Positions 33,310-45,310 of a stretch of DNA of 64,000 bases are shown here, piece after piece. The DNA comes from Naegleria gruberi (Eukaryota). Under the pieces are notes generated by a model that ran no database searches, was not told the DNA's origin, and saw only the letters and a list, made by a program, of their open reading frames with translations. The stretch lies in the NCBI GenBank assembly GCA_000004985.1, contig GG738897.1, one strand, 5' to 3'. The translations under genes were made by a program, and so were the position numbers. Positions within the stretch are counted from its first letter, which is position 1, and every line of letters starts with the position of its first letter.

Positions 33310-33724
33310 ACTACAGTAATTTGTGGATCTCTTTACAACAACTCAACAAGTAGATTGAAAAGTTTGAATATTATCTGGATAAATTGAATTTTCGTCATTT
33401 GGCAATACCTCACCAAAATGGTAAGTTATCCAACTTCCAAATTGAAACGAAGCAGTAAACATCAGATACTTAGTGATATCCACTCGATAGAAAACCTTGC
33501 CACATGCATCACTATCACTATCCATCTTATCTGAGTGACGATGACATTGGATACATGCTTACTTTCTATCATAGATACTTTAATCCAAAATGTAATGTAT
33601 TGTAATCTCATCCATTATTCATTCTAGATAAATAGTGACACAATCAAGCATACTATTCTCTCATCAATAAGAAAAAAAACAATTCAAAGCAATATATTTG
33701 GACTGTCTCTCTTTAAGAATAATA

Positions 33725-34208
33725 ATGGCTCAACAATATAGAACTGTTTCCTCTGTCAATTTTTCACTTGGTGTACTCGTGCTTGCTCTCTGTTTGGGAT
33801 ACTTGCTTTTCACCGCAGCTCATGTTGAAGCTGCCAAGAAGAAACCAGCAAGACCACCTCATCATGGTCAACACAATTCTACTCATCCACCAACTCCAGC
33901 TCCTCGTCCAGTCAATGAAACCTCTGCTAGTACTCCAGTAAATGATAAGGAATTGATTGACAAGATCAATGCCAATGAAACTCTCGGTTGGAAGGCTACT
34001 GAATATCCACGTTTTGCAAACTTGTCCATTTCAGAAGCAAGAGACTCACTCTTTGGTTTGTCCTTGCTCAGTACTGATCCTGACACTCCAAGATTGGACA
34101 TTGAACCACGTGTTGACTTGCCAATGAATTTTGATGCTAGAACTCAATGGAGAGGATGCATTCCAGCTGTTAGAGATCAACAAACATGTGGCGCCTGTTG
34201 GGCTTTCT
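33725..34208 (+). CDS. cathepsin B-like cysteine protease, exon 1 (signal peptide, propeptide, active-site Cys)
   Basis: ATG at 33725 (MAQQYRTVSS..., a signal peptide). The exon ends at the ..QQTCGACWAF active-site motif. A 96-nt GTAAGT..AG intron follows (34209-34304). Confidence 0.85.
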
Positions 34209-34304
34209 GTAAGTTTCTAAGTTTTACAATTTGATTTATTAATTTTAACTTTTTTACAATTTTCATTTAATACAAATTTCCTTTTTGGTAATATTGACAA
34301 ATAG

Positions 34305-34885
34305 CTGCCACCTATGTATTGGCTCATAGATTGTGTATTGCCACCAATGGTAAAACTAATGTTGTCCTATCACCAGAATATCAAGTTCAATGTGATACTA
34401 TGAATAAGGCCTGTCAAGGAGGATATTTGAAATATGCTTGGTCATTTTTGGAAAGGACTGGAACTACTGTTGATTCTTGCATTCCATATGCTAGTGGAAG
34501 AGCAACTTTCTCATCTGGTACTTGTCCAGCTAAATGTAAAGTCTCTACTCAATCCATGACCATGTACAAGGCTAAGAACTCTCGTTACATTTCAGGTGTC
34601 AATAATATTAAGGCAGCCATAATGAGTTATGGATCTGTGCAAAGTGGCTTCACTATTTATCGCGATTTCATGTCATATCGATCTGGAGTTTACAAACATG
34701 TCAGTACCACAACTTTGGGTGGACACGCTGTTGCATTAATTGGTTGGGGAGTTGAAAGTGGAACTAATTATTGGTTAGCTGTCAATTCATGGGGATCCAA
34801 TTGGGGTATGTCTGGTTATTTCAAGATTGCCCAAGGAGAATGTGGAATTGAGAATCAAGTCTATGCAGGAGAACCAGTTTACTAG
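34305..34885 (+). CDS. cathepsin B-like cysteine protease, exon 2 (occluding-loop region, His/Asn catalytic residues)
   Basis: The spliced junction reads CWAF|SATYVLAHRLCIATNG. The exon carries GGHAVALIGWGVESGTNYWLAVNSWGSNWGMSGYFKIAQGECGIE, typical of cathepsin B. Confidence 0.85.
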
Positions 34886-34952
34886 TTTACTAGCTCTGCA
34901 ATTTTTGAAATAAATTTTTGATTTTAAAAAAAACTTAAAAAAATCAAAAAAA

Positions 34953-37900
34953 ATGTTTTTAAAACAATGGCTCAATAATAAGAGGAGCAACTCGATGAGT
35001 ACATCATCGTCATCGGGATCTATTAGTAATATGGTGAATACCAACAATAATCAGACAACAAATCCGAATAACAGTTACTCATCAGGGCTGGATAATTTGG
35101 GATTTTTAGATCAGCAAACATCACCCAATTCGCCTCCATCCTCCTCCTCATCACAATTTACCACATCCTCCCAATCACCAACTTCCAATAATCAAAACAA
35201 AGGAGTTTCAGGAGTTGTTGGTGATCAATCTCCTCTCCTTTTCAATCCTCCGAATAATAATAGCACAATTAATAATGAAAAATCAACAATTATGAACACG
35301 TCCACTTACTATACCTACACTGTCCAATCAGAAGAGGGTCTCCCTTCCATGGCCCAACATCACCATTTAGATGATGTTTCATCATCGGATGAGAATTTTC
35401 AATCACCACGAATGGTTCCTCTTCATGTCAATACTACACCTTCTTCATCAAACAATCATCATCAACACTCTGCATCGAGAATGATGCAACCGAATAGAGA
35501 CTCACCACTGATTCATCCCCACCATCATGCCATTCGTGTCTTTCCCTATGATTTACGAAAATTCAATAATAATCAACAACAACAACACATTTCTCATCAT
35601 CAATATTCACAATTATCAACAACACCAAATCAACAACAACATGGCAGTGAAGAATTAGCAGTATCAGTCTCTCCAATTCCTTCCAACCTGATGATGAATA
35701 TACCAGAGATTGGATTAAGTCCAATCACTTCAGGACCCAACAAACTTCTCAATTCTCCACATTCACCAATTGATGATGATCATAATAATGGTGGTGGAAT
35801 TTCACCAAAGAGTGATGAAGAAGTTTCTGTCTCTCTCTTCTCAGGGGATATTTCCAAGGCAGTTCATGATGAGTATTATCCATCACCACAAAAGCTTTCG
35901 GCCTCTCGGTTGTTACCTTCTGAACCACCATCACCAACTGCAACGACCACTAGGCTGGGTGATTCATTCAATAGTCAAATGCATTCACCATCTGTACGTT
36001 CGACAGCTTCAAATGTTTCCACTTCGAGAAGGAGAGCCAACAGTAACAGTTCAAACATTTCATCAACAATGTCCTTCCAGAATCCACAACAAAATGCTCC
36101 ATTTATTGTCTATTCTTTGAAGAATCAATCATTGGGATTTATGAATACTGCCATTTCACATCATTGTTCGAATAGAAATGCCAATCATCACACCCATAAT
36201 TTGTGTGAGGAGTGTACAAATTGTAATATTGCAAGAAATCATACTAGTCCATTTTCTGAAGTGTCAGTCATTAATATGATTGATCCAAATTCATCTCTTG
36301 GTATTGGAGAAGTGAATAATATTAATAAGGTTATATTATTGTACGATAGAAATGTAAATTTAGATACAAGTTATGCTTGTTTGACTCCATACTTTTTCAA
36401 TTATTGGAATTATGCTAATTTTTGTAATAGAAATGGAGAGGAGGTTGGAATTCCGAGAATACCTCCACATCAATACTTTTCCCTGAATGAGGAATTTATG
36501 TTTTATAGATGCAGACCTTTGAAAGTTGCTCCTAATAATATGGTTAGCTCTCCAATGCTGACATGCTATGAGGATGGTAGAATTTCAGTGTGGGATGCTA
36601 CCAATTCTAAACGAGTGGCCAACCTGAACGGTCACAGATTGACAATTACTTGTGCAGTACCAATTTTTGCTCAGGGAACTCTCATTTCTCAATCATCAGA
36701 AGATTCCAATCTCTATTTCCAATATACACCATTTGCTCAATTCTTATTGACTGGATCTGGAGATAAGTCCATTAAATTGTGGGATATTTCAGCAATTTGG
36801 AGCACATCAGGTCAGGCACCTACATTCAATCTGAATCCAGTGAGAACCATGAACATTCACGAATCGAGTGTTAGATGTATTGAACTACTCAATGATGGAT
36901 CCCCAAGATTTTGCTCTGCCTCCAATGATGGTAAAATTTGTTTGTGGAATTGGTTCACTGGAGAGCTCCTCCAAGTGATCAATAGAAGAGAGGATGGATG
37001 CATTTCCAATATGTTTATCATGAATTCCATGTTTTACAATGATATGTCATTCATTGAAAGGACGAACAATACCATCGTTTCAACATGCTCCAACAAGCCA
37101 GATTTATTCATCTATGATTTTGAAAAGATTGAAGATGTTATTGAGGAATCACCAACTATAACCGATGATTCGTCTAGCAATGACTTTTTCTACAAGTTAA
37201 TTGATGAAGAATTGGTACCTTCAGCAACAACAGAGCCAAGTAGTAGTGCATCCGTAGTAACACAACCACCTATTACATCCAACAAACCAAAAAATATCAT
37301 TTCCAGTCTAAAGATTCTCAATATTTTCTCAATGCCTTCCACTTCATCAAATGCTGATAACATTTCACAAAAATCAGATAATTCCTCTCATTCATCCATG
37401 ACTCAATCAATGAATCAATCGATGAACCAATCGCCAAACCAATCTAATCCAACCCTTCCTGCTAAACAGTCAGAGTTTGATTACATTATTAGCACTGTAA
37501 ATAATTTTGGAGAATTAACCTTTTGGAAAACAGCTCAGATCGATTCTGAAGCTAAATGGAACAAGTTGTGCTCTTGCAAGAAGATTCGTGAAATTTTGGA
37601 ATCCAAATACTCATCAAACGAACTCACCTATCAAGCATGTATTCAGTTGGTGGTGAATAATCACTTCTTGTTGGTTTCTCTCGCAAACCACTTGTTCATT
37701 TTCGATATTGCTGACATTCTCATGCACACAGAAGGTAATCAGGAATGTAAATTCTTATTGGAACAGGCAGAGGCTCACTCATCCACCATCACTACCATGT
37801 GTACTCTTCATTATGGTCATATTATTGCCACTGGTGCAGAGGATGGCACGATTCGATTATGGGACACTGGCAAACTGTTGATATCTAATAATCCATACGT

Positions 37901-38624
37901 ACCAACTCCAAATCCAGAAACTGCCTCAACAACAGCCAGCAGTATTTTACATCCTATTGAAAGTATTTTTATTGGAACAAGTAAGAATGTACAAACAGCA
38001 TTTTTGAGAAATATTGCCACATTACAAATGCACAGCCAAGCAATTGTCTCTCTACAATCACTCAATGAATATGCATTTATTAGTGTGGCAAAGGGTGAAC
38101 CATTTGCCTTAATGTGGAAAGATTCGAGAATGGAGAAGAAGCTCAGAGGATATTACGCATTCCATTATGGATTAGGAAATACTGACATGCTCAGTAGTGG
38201 ATCAGCCGGAGGATACAATGTGCCAAACATGCTCTCACTCATGCTTGGTGAGAATAATAGTGTTGCTACAGCACTCAATGTGACACCATTTGCCTATCTC
38301 AGTATGGTTAATAATAGACAAAGAAGTAATAGTGGTATGAGAAAGGTTCAATCTGTGATTGGATTCAAGAATCCAGGATATGGTAAAGCACTATCACCGA
38401 AGAGTTCCAGTACTGAGGATTTGACAGTCAATACGCAAAGAGAAAAGGCAGCTATGAGGGCATTTACTACTGATGATGAAAGATTGAACAAGGATGATGA
38501 AGCTTCTGAGGCTTTAGAATCTCAACAACAGGATGATTACTGTGAAACGTGTACAAGTGAAGTTTCAACTCCTGTACAACATTCACGTACAGACACGGTA
38601 GATAGTGAAAAACTTTTAGAATAA
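34953..38624 (+). CDS. large WD40-repeat protein with a low-complexity N-terminal half
   Basis: 1223 aa with an ATG start. WD40 signatures are present (LLTGSGDKSIKLWDI, CSASNDGKICLWNW, ATGAEDGTIRLWDTGKL). Confidence 0.7.
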   Translation: MFLKQWLNNKRSNSMSTSSSSGSISNMVNTNNNQTTNPNNSYSSGLDNLGFLDQQTSPNSPPSSSSSQFTTSSQSPTSNNQNKGVSGVVGDQSPLLFNPPNNNSTINNEKSTIMNTSTYYTYTVQSEEGLPSMAQHHHLDDVSSSDENFQSPRMVPLHVNTTPSSSNNHHQHSASRMMQPNRDSPLIHPHHHAIRVFPYDLRKFNNNQQQQHISHHQYSQLSTTPNQQQHGSEELAVSVSPIPSNLMMNIPEIGLSPITSGPNKLLNSPHSPIDDDHNNGGGISPKSDEEVSVSLFSGDISKAVHDEYYPSPQKLSASRLLPSEPPSPTATTTRLGDSFNSQMHSPSVRSTASNVSTSRRRANSNSSNISSTMSFQNPQQNAPFIVYSLKNQSLGFMNTAISHHCSNRNANHHTHNLCEECTNCNIARNHTSPFSEVSVINMIDPNSSLGIGEVNNINKVILLYDRNVNLDTSYACLTPYFFNYWNYANFCNRNGEEVGIPRIPPHQYFSLNEEFMFYRCRPLKVAPNNMVSSPMLTCYEDGRISVWDATNSKRVANLNGHRLTITCAVPIFAQGTLISQSSEDSNLYFQYTPFAQFLLTGSGDKSIKLWDISAIWSTSGQAPTFNLNPVRTMNIHESSVRCIELLNDGSPRFCSASNDGKICLWNWFTGELLQVINRREDGCISNMFIMNSMFYNDMSFIERTNNTIVSTCSNKPDLFIYDFEKIEDVIEESPTITDDSSSNDFFYKLIDEELVPSATTEPSSSASVVTQPPITSNKPKNIISSLKILNIFSMPSTSSNADNISQKSDNSSHSSMTQSMNQSMNQSPNQSNPTLPAKQSEFDYIISTVNNFGELTFWKTAQIDSEAKWNKLCSCKKIREILESKYSSNELTYQACIQLVVNNHFLLVSLANHLFIFDIADILMHTEGNQECKFLLEQAEAHSSTITTMCTLHYGHIIATGAEDGTIRLWDTGKLLISNNPYVPTPNPETASTTASSILHPIESIFIGTSKNVQTAFLRNIATLQMHSQAIVSLQSLNEYAFISVAKGEPFALMWKDSRMEKKLRGYYAFHYGLGNTDMLSSGSAGGYNVPNMLSLMLGENNSVATALNVTPFAYLSMVNNRQRSNSGMRKVQSVIGFKNPGYGKALSPKSSSTEDLTVNTQREKAAMRAFTTDDERLNKDDEASEALESQQQDDYCETCTSEVSTPVQHSRTDTVDSEKLLE

Positions 38625-38695
38625 ACCAATTCATAATGGAATATTTTGGCCTTTGAAAACATGATTTTAGTTGAGAAAAGAGCAAAAATTCAGAT

Positions 38696-38769
38696 ACCCT
38701 CCACCAGGAGTTGAACCTGGATCTTGCGAATGAGCCAGTCGCATATTCTAACCATTGAACCACAGAGGG
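38696..38769 (-). tRNA. tRNA-like gene (Glu/Gln-type scaffold) with an atypical 9-nt anticodon loop CTGGCTCAT; paralog of 45505..45578
   Basis: Reverse complement: CCCTCTGTGGTTCAATGGTTAGAATATGCGACTGGCTCATTCGCAAGATCCAGGTTCAACTCCTGGTGGAGGGT. The acceptor is 7 bp, the D-arm is GTTC/AATGGTTA/GAAT with GG, the anticodon stem is TGCGA/TCGCA enclosing 9 nt, and the T-arm is CCAGG-TTCAACT-CCTGG. The 3' trailer ATCTGAATTTTTG resembles the trailer of its paralog. Confidence 0.55.
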
Positions 38770-39136
38770 AATTAATGAAACAACCAAAAATTCTCAAAAT
38801 CACAATCTGGAATTGTACAACAAAACTATTTACTGATGCATTTATTTTGAAACACAAAACATCGAAATTAGAGGAAGCTTTTCAAAAGATCAAAAATCGA
38901 TGCCAAGTTATGTCTACTGTTAAAGAATTGGCAAACAATGAAAATTTTATCAATGATACCAAGTCCATAATTAACTCCTTATTTTGCAGTAGGTCTTTAA
39001 CTGTTTTTTTGCTTCCTTATTTTGTCAGTTCTTTATTGGTGAATATTTGTACAAGTTGCCTTTTGAAAAAAAAATAGGAAAAAAGTAAAGGATTTACTGA
39101 AAACAAACTAAAAATAATAAATAAACTATTTTCTGA

Positions 39137-39416
39137 TTATTTGAAGTAAGGCATTTGGAGAATCTGCCTTGCACTTGGACGAGTTTCCTGATTCCTGTCC
39201 AACATTTTAATCACAATTTCCATTAATTCATTCGAATATTGTTGTTCAGCTTCCATTTGCTTTGTGAGAATTGACACAGCATTTGCTGATTGATTTCCCA
39301 TCAACAAGTTTCCAATAGAAATTGTTTCATCCTTTGTCATGATCTGATAAATTGAAACTCCCAATGAGAAAATATCGGTATTGAAAGAATAACAACTTCC
39401 CAATGCAATTTCAGGA
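39137..39416 (-). CDS. receptor-like Ser/Thr kinase gene copy 2, exon 5 (kinase C-terminus, stop included)
   Basis: The exon encodes ..SPEIALGSCYSFNTDIFSLGVSIYQIM... A 50-nt GTAAGC..AG intron (39417-39466) joins it to exon 4. Confidence 0.7.
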
Positions 39417-39466
39417 CTATTTCAATATCATGGTCAATTAAGTTGTGAAATTTAACATTTGCTTAC

Positions 39467-41554
39467 CTCATAAAAAGTGGAGTTCCAGCATAGGAATGAC
39501 CTTTCATTTCTTGATGCTTTTTAGCTAAGCCAAAATCAGCCAAAACAACTTCAATATCATTTCCAGAAAGATTTCGAATAAAAATATTTGAAGGTTTGAT
39601 GTCTCTGTGAATGATTGATAATTCTGAATGGACATAGTCAAGAGCACTCAGTACTTGTTTCATTATCTTTCGAATAATATCTTCAGAACATGTTTCTTTC
39701 TTTGTAAATCTTGTCAAATCGCCATTTTCAAAATAATCCATATCCATACAAAGTAAATTATCTTTTGTAATGAAATAATCATTGATTATCAAAATATTTG
39801 GATGTCTAATATTACTAAATTGTGATGCCTCTTTCATAATCGTATTCAAATCTGTAAATGATTCAAATTTCACAAACTTGACAGCTTTGATTTTGTTTCC
39901 ACATTTGGTATCTGTCACTTTGAATACACTTCCAAATGCACCTTGTCCAATTCTGACCATATTAATATATCTTGAAAGGACATCTTCATTATCTGACACA
40001 TTGGATCCCATAGACGATGAAATAATTACAGAACTGGATGGGAAGTCTGACATTTCAACAATTGTGGCATTTGCTATTTCATTTCTCTTCACTGCCTTCT
40101 TCTTCTTCATAGATAGTAGAATGATAACCACCACAACAATTATCACTATTATTAAGCCAATTCCAACAATTGGAATCACAATTGCAACCACCAAAACAGT
40201 TGTTGATTGATCGTTGGCTAAATTATCGAGTGAAGATCTTTCACAAAATTGACCATCGAAACCAGTAATACAGTTACAAATATCCAATCCAACACAACTT
40301 CCCTTTCCATTACAACTTTTTGAATCTGAAGAACTAGTTCCATTACAAGTGATTGGTTGACATTTGTCACCATAGAAACCACTCAAGCAATCGCATGTAT
40401 TATTGAAAGAATTGAATTGTGCTCCTCCTTCACAAACAGGATATAGCTTTCTAATTAGTGAAGTTACACCATTGGTTGACACTGTTTCAAGAAAAAGAGT
40501 TTCGTCCGATTTCTCATTTACATCAATAGTATAACCAAAACCAATAAAACTTGTTTCCACTCCCTTCAGGTCTCCATTGAAATAGGTACTCTGCTCTCTT
40601 GGTTTTCCTGCAATGGTCACTAACAATCCAGTTTTTTTCACATACTTTCTAATAATATTATTACCAGAATCCAATATAATTATATCACCATTCTCTTTCA
40701 CATAAAATGACTTAATTTGAGACAATTTAGACGAAACAGCAGGTAGATTATCACCACTATATCCATCAGTCCCAGTTCCAACAATACTCTTCAAATAGAA
40801 CGAACCATTCTGAAGTCGTTCCAAAACTCGAATGGTGTTTGCTGTGCAAAAGTAATGCAGGTCATCACTAATGGAATGAGAGGAACCAATGACACCAATT
40901 CGTTTGTCATTTTCTACAATGATTCCATCTTCAGATTCGAAAGGTGAATTGAGTGGATTCCAAAAGAATACACGAATCATACCTGAACTCTTTTCAATCT
41001 TTCCAAAAAAATCTGGATAACAAATGTAAATATCGCCATTCTTGGGATTTACAGAAAGACCTTTAGTACTTTGCTTTCCCAATGGAGAATTCAAAGCTGG
41101 AATGTCAGGAATCACTGTTCCACATTCCTTTCCTGCCACTTTCTGATATTTCAATGTTTTTGGATCAATTTGAATAATTCTGCAATAATCTGCAACATAA
41201 ATCATATTATCATAGAGAGAGAATACCATTTTAACATCAACTCTTGGAAAAAGTGCAAACATAAAGGAATCTAAAAGTACTAAAGAAAAGGAAAGGAAAG
41301 GTTTGACAGCTGGCAATAGAGAGGTAATTTCACCAGTTTTCTCATCATACTTCTTCAATACATTCTTATCTATTATATAGATTAGATTTTGATTTGGATC
41401 TCTGCAAAAGGAATTCATGTCCATACCAAGTAAGTTTGAGCTAGGATTGCTGCCAACTATAGTTTTGGCAATTCCATCAACTATTGTGTAAATGTAGGAT
41501 GATACTGTCGCAATGTAAATGACTCCATTATGTGCATAAATTGAATTAATCGAC
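39467..41554 (-). CDS. receptor-like Ser/Thr kinase gene copy 2, exon 4 (NHL-like repeats, EGF-like module, TM, kinase domain)
   Basis: EGF-like module: CNGKGSCVGLDICNCITGFDGQFCE. TM segment: VLVVAIVIPIVGIGLIIVIIVVVVIIL. Kinase motifs: GQGAFGSVFKV, HRDIKPSNIFI, DFGLAKK. The ORF is open from the acceptor at 41554. A 40-nt intron (41555-41594) lies upstream. Confidence 0.7.
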
Positions 41555-41594
41555 CTTTTAAGGTTTCGAATAAAAAATTTTCAAAGAAACTTAC

Positions 41595-42650
41595 ATTGCT
41601 GATTGAGTGGCATTAACATTCTCACCACTATATCCATCAAAATCAACATAAGTTCCAGAATATGTACCTCCATCAATTCCACCAACCTTTCTTAAACTAA
41701 GATCATCCAAATTTGCTTCATAAATTCTGTAACCATTCGCAACATAAATCTTTCCATATATGGAATCATAGGCAACACGTGAAATTGAAACTGGAAATTC
41801 AATCCAGTCCGAAGATTGATTTTTCCATTCCACTTTTATAAGTATTCCAGATGAAATATAATATAAAGTATTGTTTAGGATGGAAAACTCATTTACACTG
41901 TACTCAATCTTACTTGAATCTTGTAAAGTTTCGTTTTGATATTTGTAAATGCCATCTGAACTCACAAATCCAATGTACATTGTGCCATTATCAAAGGAAT
42001 TTCCAAAACCAGTAATAGAGCTAATTGGATTACTGTAATTAATTTGGAAATATCTCATCCTTAATGTATCCAAATTAAGAACGTGTAAATCGTGGTATCC
42101 AGAAATAACCAAATCTCCATTTGGAAAGCAAAATAAACTTAAAATTGATTTGAAAGTTCTCGTTGGTGAAGTTTCTGTTTTCAATTTTGAACTCACTCCA
42201 AAGACAGTCTTGATTAGTCCATCTATTTTCGAAACCTTTCTAATAATCAAATGTTGTTCCACAAAATAAAGTTCATCATTATATATGAATGGTTTGTACA
42301 ATACATTGACTTGTGAAATCTCAAATCTTGGCAAGTCCTCTCCATAGGGATGATTAATGAATCCACCACTGAATGTTGACACAATCTTATTGGAAACATC
42401 AATCTTTCGAATACAATTATTGGATTTGTCCACAAGATAGACCATTGTATTTTTCACAATCAAAGAACCAGGTTCATAAAATCGAACATTCGAATAAGAA
42501 TTAACTAAATCATCTCCTTCATATCCAAACGAATCTTTTTCACCAATTATTGTTTTGGTTGAACTATCAATTAAAGAATTCATTTGTAGAAAATGTGAAT
42601 TGGACGACGAGGTCCAAATTTCATTATTGGACGAAACAAATATTCCATTT
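41595..42650 (-). CDS. receptor-like Ser/Thr kinase gene copy 2, exon 3 (NHL-like repeats)
   Basis: ORF 41591..42583 extended upstream to the ..tattag acceptor. It is homologous to exon 2 of copy 1 (YGIYVSNGGEIYTSSQSNNFIQMKLLNSD vs NGIFVSSNNEIWTSSSNSHFLQMNSLIDS). Confidence 0.65.
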
Positions 42651-42673
42651 CTAATAATTATGGGATAGTCAAT

Positions 42674-44412
42674 GTGGTAGACTTAAACAGAAAGTTCATT
42701 TTCTGAATCAGCAAAGGACCTTCTTATCCAGCAAAGGCCCCTCTCATCCAGCAAGTCACCAACCAATAAAACACCGAATAATGCTTTTTCAGCAAATAAC
42801 TCCTTCTTAATTTCATAAATTACTGATTTAGCAAAGCTTTCTTAATTATCCAAAGATTTGTTCCATTGCAGCAAATTCAATAAAGAAGAATATAAAGTGC
42901 TGATTTATTCTAAACCTGATTATTACGGATTAACAACTTTTATATATTTTGATGTATACATATTATAGTTGCTGTTACTATTAACTTAAGCATTGTGGCT
43001 TCAAGTTGGCAAACTGTAACAACAATCTAAGGACGTGAAAAATATTCAAAAGTGTATTCTTCATAACAAAACATAATCTAAATTAGTATCAACATCTTTA
43101 TTTGAGTTGTTTTATTTGCCATGTGATCCGACTATAAAAGTGACTGTATATGAAGAATCCACCTTAATTTGTAATTTTTTGTTCTGCAACAGCAAATCAA
43201 CGGAAAATATTAATGAAAAGACATCATGTACTAATTTACTATGTTATTTGATGAAATCAAGTGGAGAATGCATAAAACAGATTTTGATACAAGAAAACAC
43301 AATGATGATAATAAAAATATAATTTTATTTAATTATTGAAATAATTCAAGGTGGAAAATCAGCAAGATTTCCGACCTTGAAATTTACCTTGTTGGAAAAT
43401 TCACCATTAGTGAATTTTATTGATGGTTCGATGATGATGACCATTAAGATATTTACCATAATGATCGGAAATGAACTTGTTGATGATATTGATGATAAAA
43501 GATATGATGAAGAGAAAATTCCACAACTCTATGAATACTAAGTGGAAAAATTCCAACTCTCTTGATGGTGATATTAGACATCCCTACTAATGATACTATG
43601 TTGTTGAAATTCTATCATCATGATGAAAATATATGGTGAATGATGAATACACCACCAACAAGGTAAAAACTCAAAATATCCAAAAACTATTATTCGGAGT
43701 GTTGTTGATGATGTATTTGAATAGTACTATTCGAAGAAAGTTTGGAAGATGATGAAGTACATGTTGAGTTATTGCATATGTATAATTTCAAAATATACAT
43801 GAAGCAAACTTGATGAAATGAGAAGATGAATTCCTGCTATTGATACTGGTGATACTATAGAGTATTGCCAACAATCCCTAATTGAAGAAATTCCTAATGA
43901 ACAAGTAAATCTGCTGATGAGGATGATATTATGTGAAATTTGAAATTTCACCCAATAACAAGTACTAACAGAGACTCCACTTGCTTAAATTACTATTAAT
44001 ACAATAATAAATATACTGTGATGATGAACTCCGGCTTAATGATGATGTTTGGAAGTGTGAAATTTCCGATGATAGAAAACCACTATAATTCATTCCGAGA
44101 AGAAGCACCACCATAAAATATTACTATTATTACTATTGGTGAGATGTAGCCCAGCCACTATAATTGAAGTATTCCAAAATGATGATGAGTTGATTGAAAT
44201 AAATACCAGTGATGATGTAGAGGTATTTTTTTTACTTTCTTCAATTGCTAAATGGGAACAATTTCGTGGCTTATTCAGTAAAATTTTGCCAATTTACTGT
44301 TTATTTGCTGATTAAGTATGCGCGGATTCAGTAAAAATGATAAGCACATGGCTTGCTGAAACAGACCATCCTTTGCTGTTTTTTTTGAAAAATTTGCTGA
44401 AAAAGTACTACG
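42674..44412. mobile_element. ~1.74-kb non-autonomous DNA-transposon-like insertion inside intron 2 of kinase copy 2, flanked by a 9-bp direct repeat ATAGTCAAT (plus strand) and carrying subterminal inverted CAGCAAAGG repeats
   Basis: The homologous intron in copy 1 is 43 nt; here it is ~1.8 kb (42651-44450). ATAGTCAAT occurs at ~42665-42673 and ~44413-44421. The left end has CAGCAAAGGACC / CAGCAAAGGCCC / CAGCAAGTC at 20-bp spacing plus further CAGCAAA copies. The right end has the reverse-complement CCTTTGCTG / TTGCTGA copies. There is no long ORF. The interior holds a TGATGA-rich degenerate repeat (~43380-44230) and repeated CACTATAATT..ATTCC units. Confidence 0.45.
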
Positions 44413-44450
44413 CATAGTCAATTAGTTTGAGTTTCTGAAAAAACACTTAC

Positions 44451-44709
44451 AACTTGGTTTCAAGTTCTGAAATTGCTATCCTTCGATATTTACCATTCTT
44501 ATCAATGGATTTGACTCTTTCGTCATCTGTGAAATAAACAGTGTCATCTTTCCCATTCGAAACTACATGAATATTCTTTGGAGATCGAAGAATTATTGAA
44601 TTGGCCTCAACATTATCGTACGATCCATCTAGATATCCATTTCCACCAGCGATTGTTGTCAAAATCTTGCTGCCAATGTCATATTTCTTTATCACGTTAT
44701 TTCCAGAAT
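44451..44709 (-). CDS. receptor-like Ser/Thr kinase gene copy 2, exon 2
   Basis: The exon lies between a 42-nt GTAAGT..AG intron (44710-44751) and a GTAAGTG donor at 44450. It encodes DSGNNVIKKYDIGSKILTTIAGGNGYLDGSYDNV..., which are NHL-like repeats. Confidence 0.65.
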
Positions 44710-44751
44710 CTTTTGACATGTTTCAAAGAAATTTAGAAATATTTAACTTAC

Positions 44752-45310
44752 CTGCAATGTAGAGTATGTTATTATTGGAAACATACACTCCCAATGGTTT
44801 GTTGAATGCAAAAGGTAGAGAAGAAACCAAATTCGTCTCAGCAGAAACTAGACGAATCTTATCATTATTCGTGTCAGCAATCCACAAATCACCATTAATC
44901 GCCACACTCAACGAAGAAGGTGAATTAAACAAGGTTTGTTTCACATCATATCCATCCTGATTAAAACCAAGTCCTAACCCTCCAAAAACAATCATACTTT
45001 CGTTTGGAAAAATCTTGAAAATTAATCCTCTCACACAATCAGACACGAAAATTTCATCATTATTTCCAGAGCAGATGCCACATGGAGCTTTTAGAAAGGC
45101 ATGTTTGGCAGTGAATGTTCTGTCAACATCTTGACCATTGCCTTTGTATCCTGTTAGTGTTTGTAGTTGGTAAGTTTCGGCTGCTTTAGTTTGAAAGAAT
45201 TTGTCTGAACTGCTTTGAAAGAGAAGAAACAGTAAACAGAGCAGTATCATCAATGTGTTTAGTTGCATTTTTTTGAAAAGTTTCTCCTTGTTGACAATCC
45301 TGACACACAT
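44752..45310 (-). CDS. receptor-like Ser/Thr kinase gene copy 2, exon 1 (signal peptide, NHL-like repeats)
   Basis: The ORF track starts at TTG (45361). In-frame ATGs lie at 45310 and 45268; the latter begins the signal-peptide-like MQLNTLMILLCLLFLLF. The exon ends with ..YIAG|GTAAGT. Confidence 0.6.

Noticed and set aside
38467-38787. 106-aa ORF (and 45415..45600, 26496..26846, 26615..26839) overlapping the tRNA or tRNA-like genes
   Set aside because: The translations are simply read-throughs of tRNA sequence (..VVQWLEYATGSFARSRFNSW..). Two paralogous tRNA-like loci give near-identical 'peptides' on different strands. These are spurious ORFs.
43380-44230. Cluster of C/D-box snoRNAs inferred from abundant UGAUGA motifs
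   Set aside because: There are too few CUGA D boxes and no consistent 4-6 bp terminal stems bracketing 70-100-nt units. The region lies inside a transposon-like insertion and looks like a degenerate tandem repeat.
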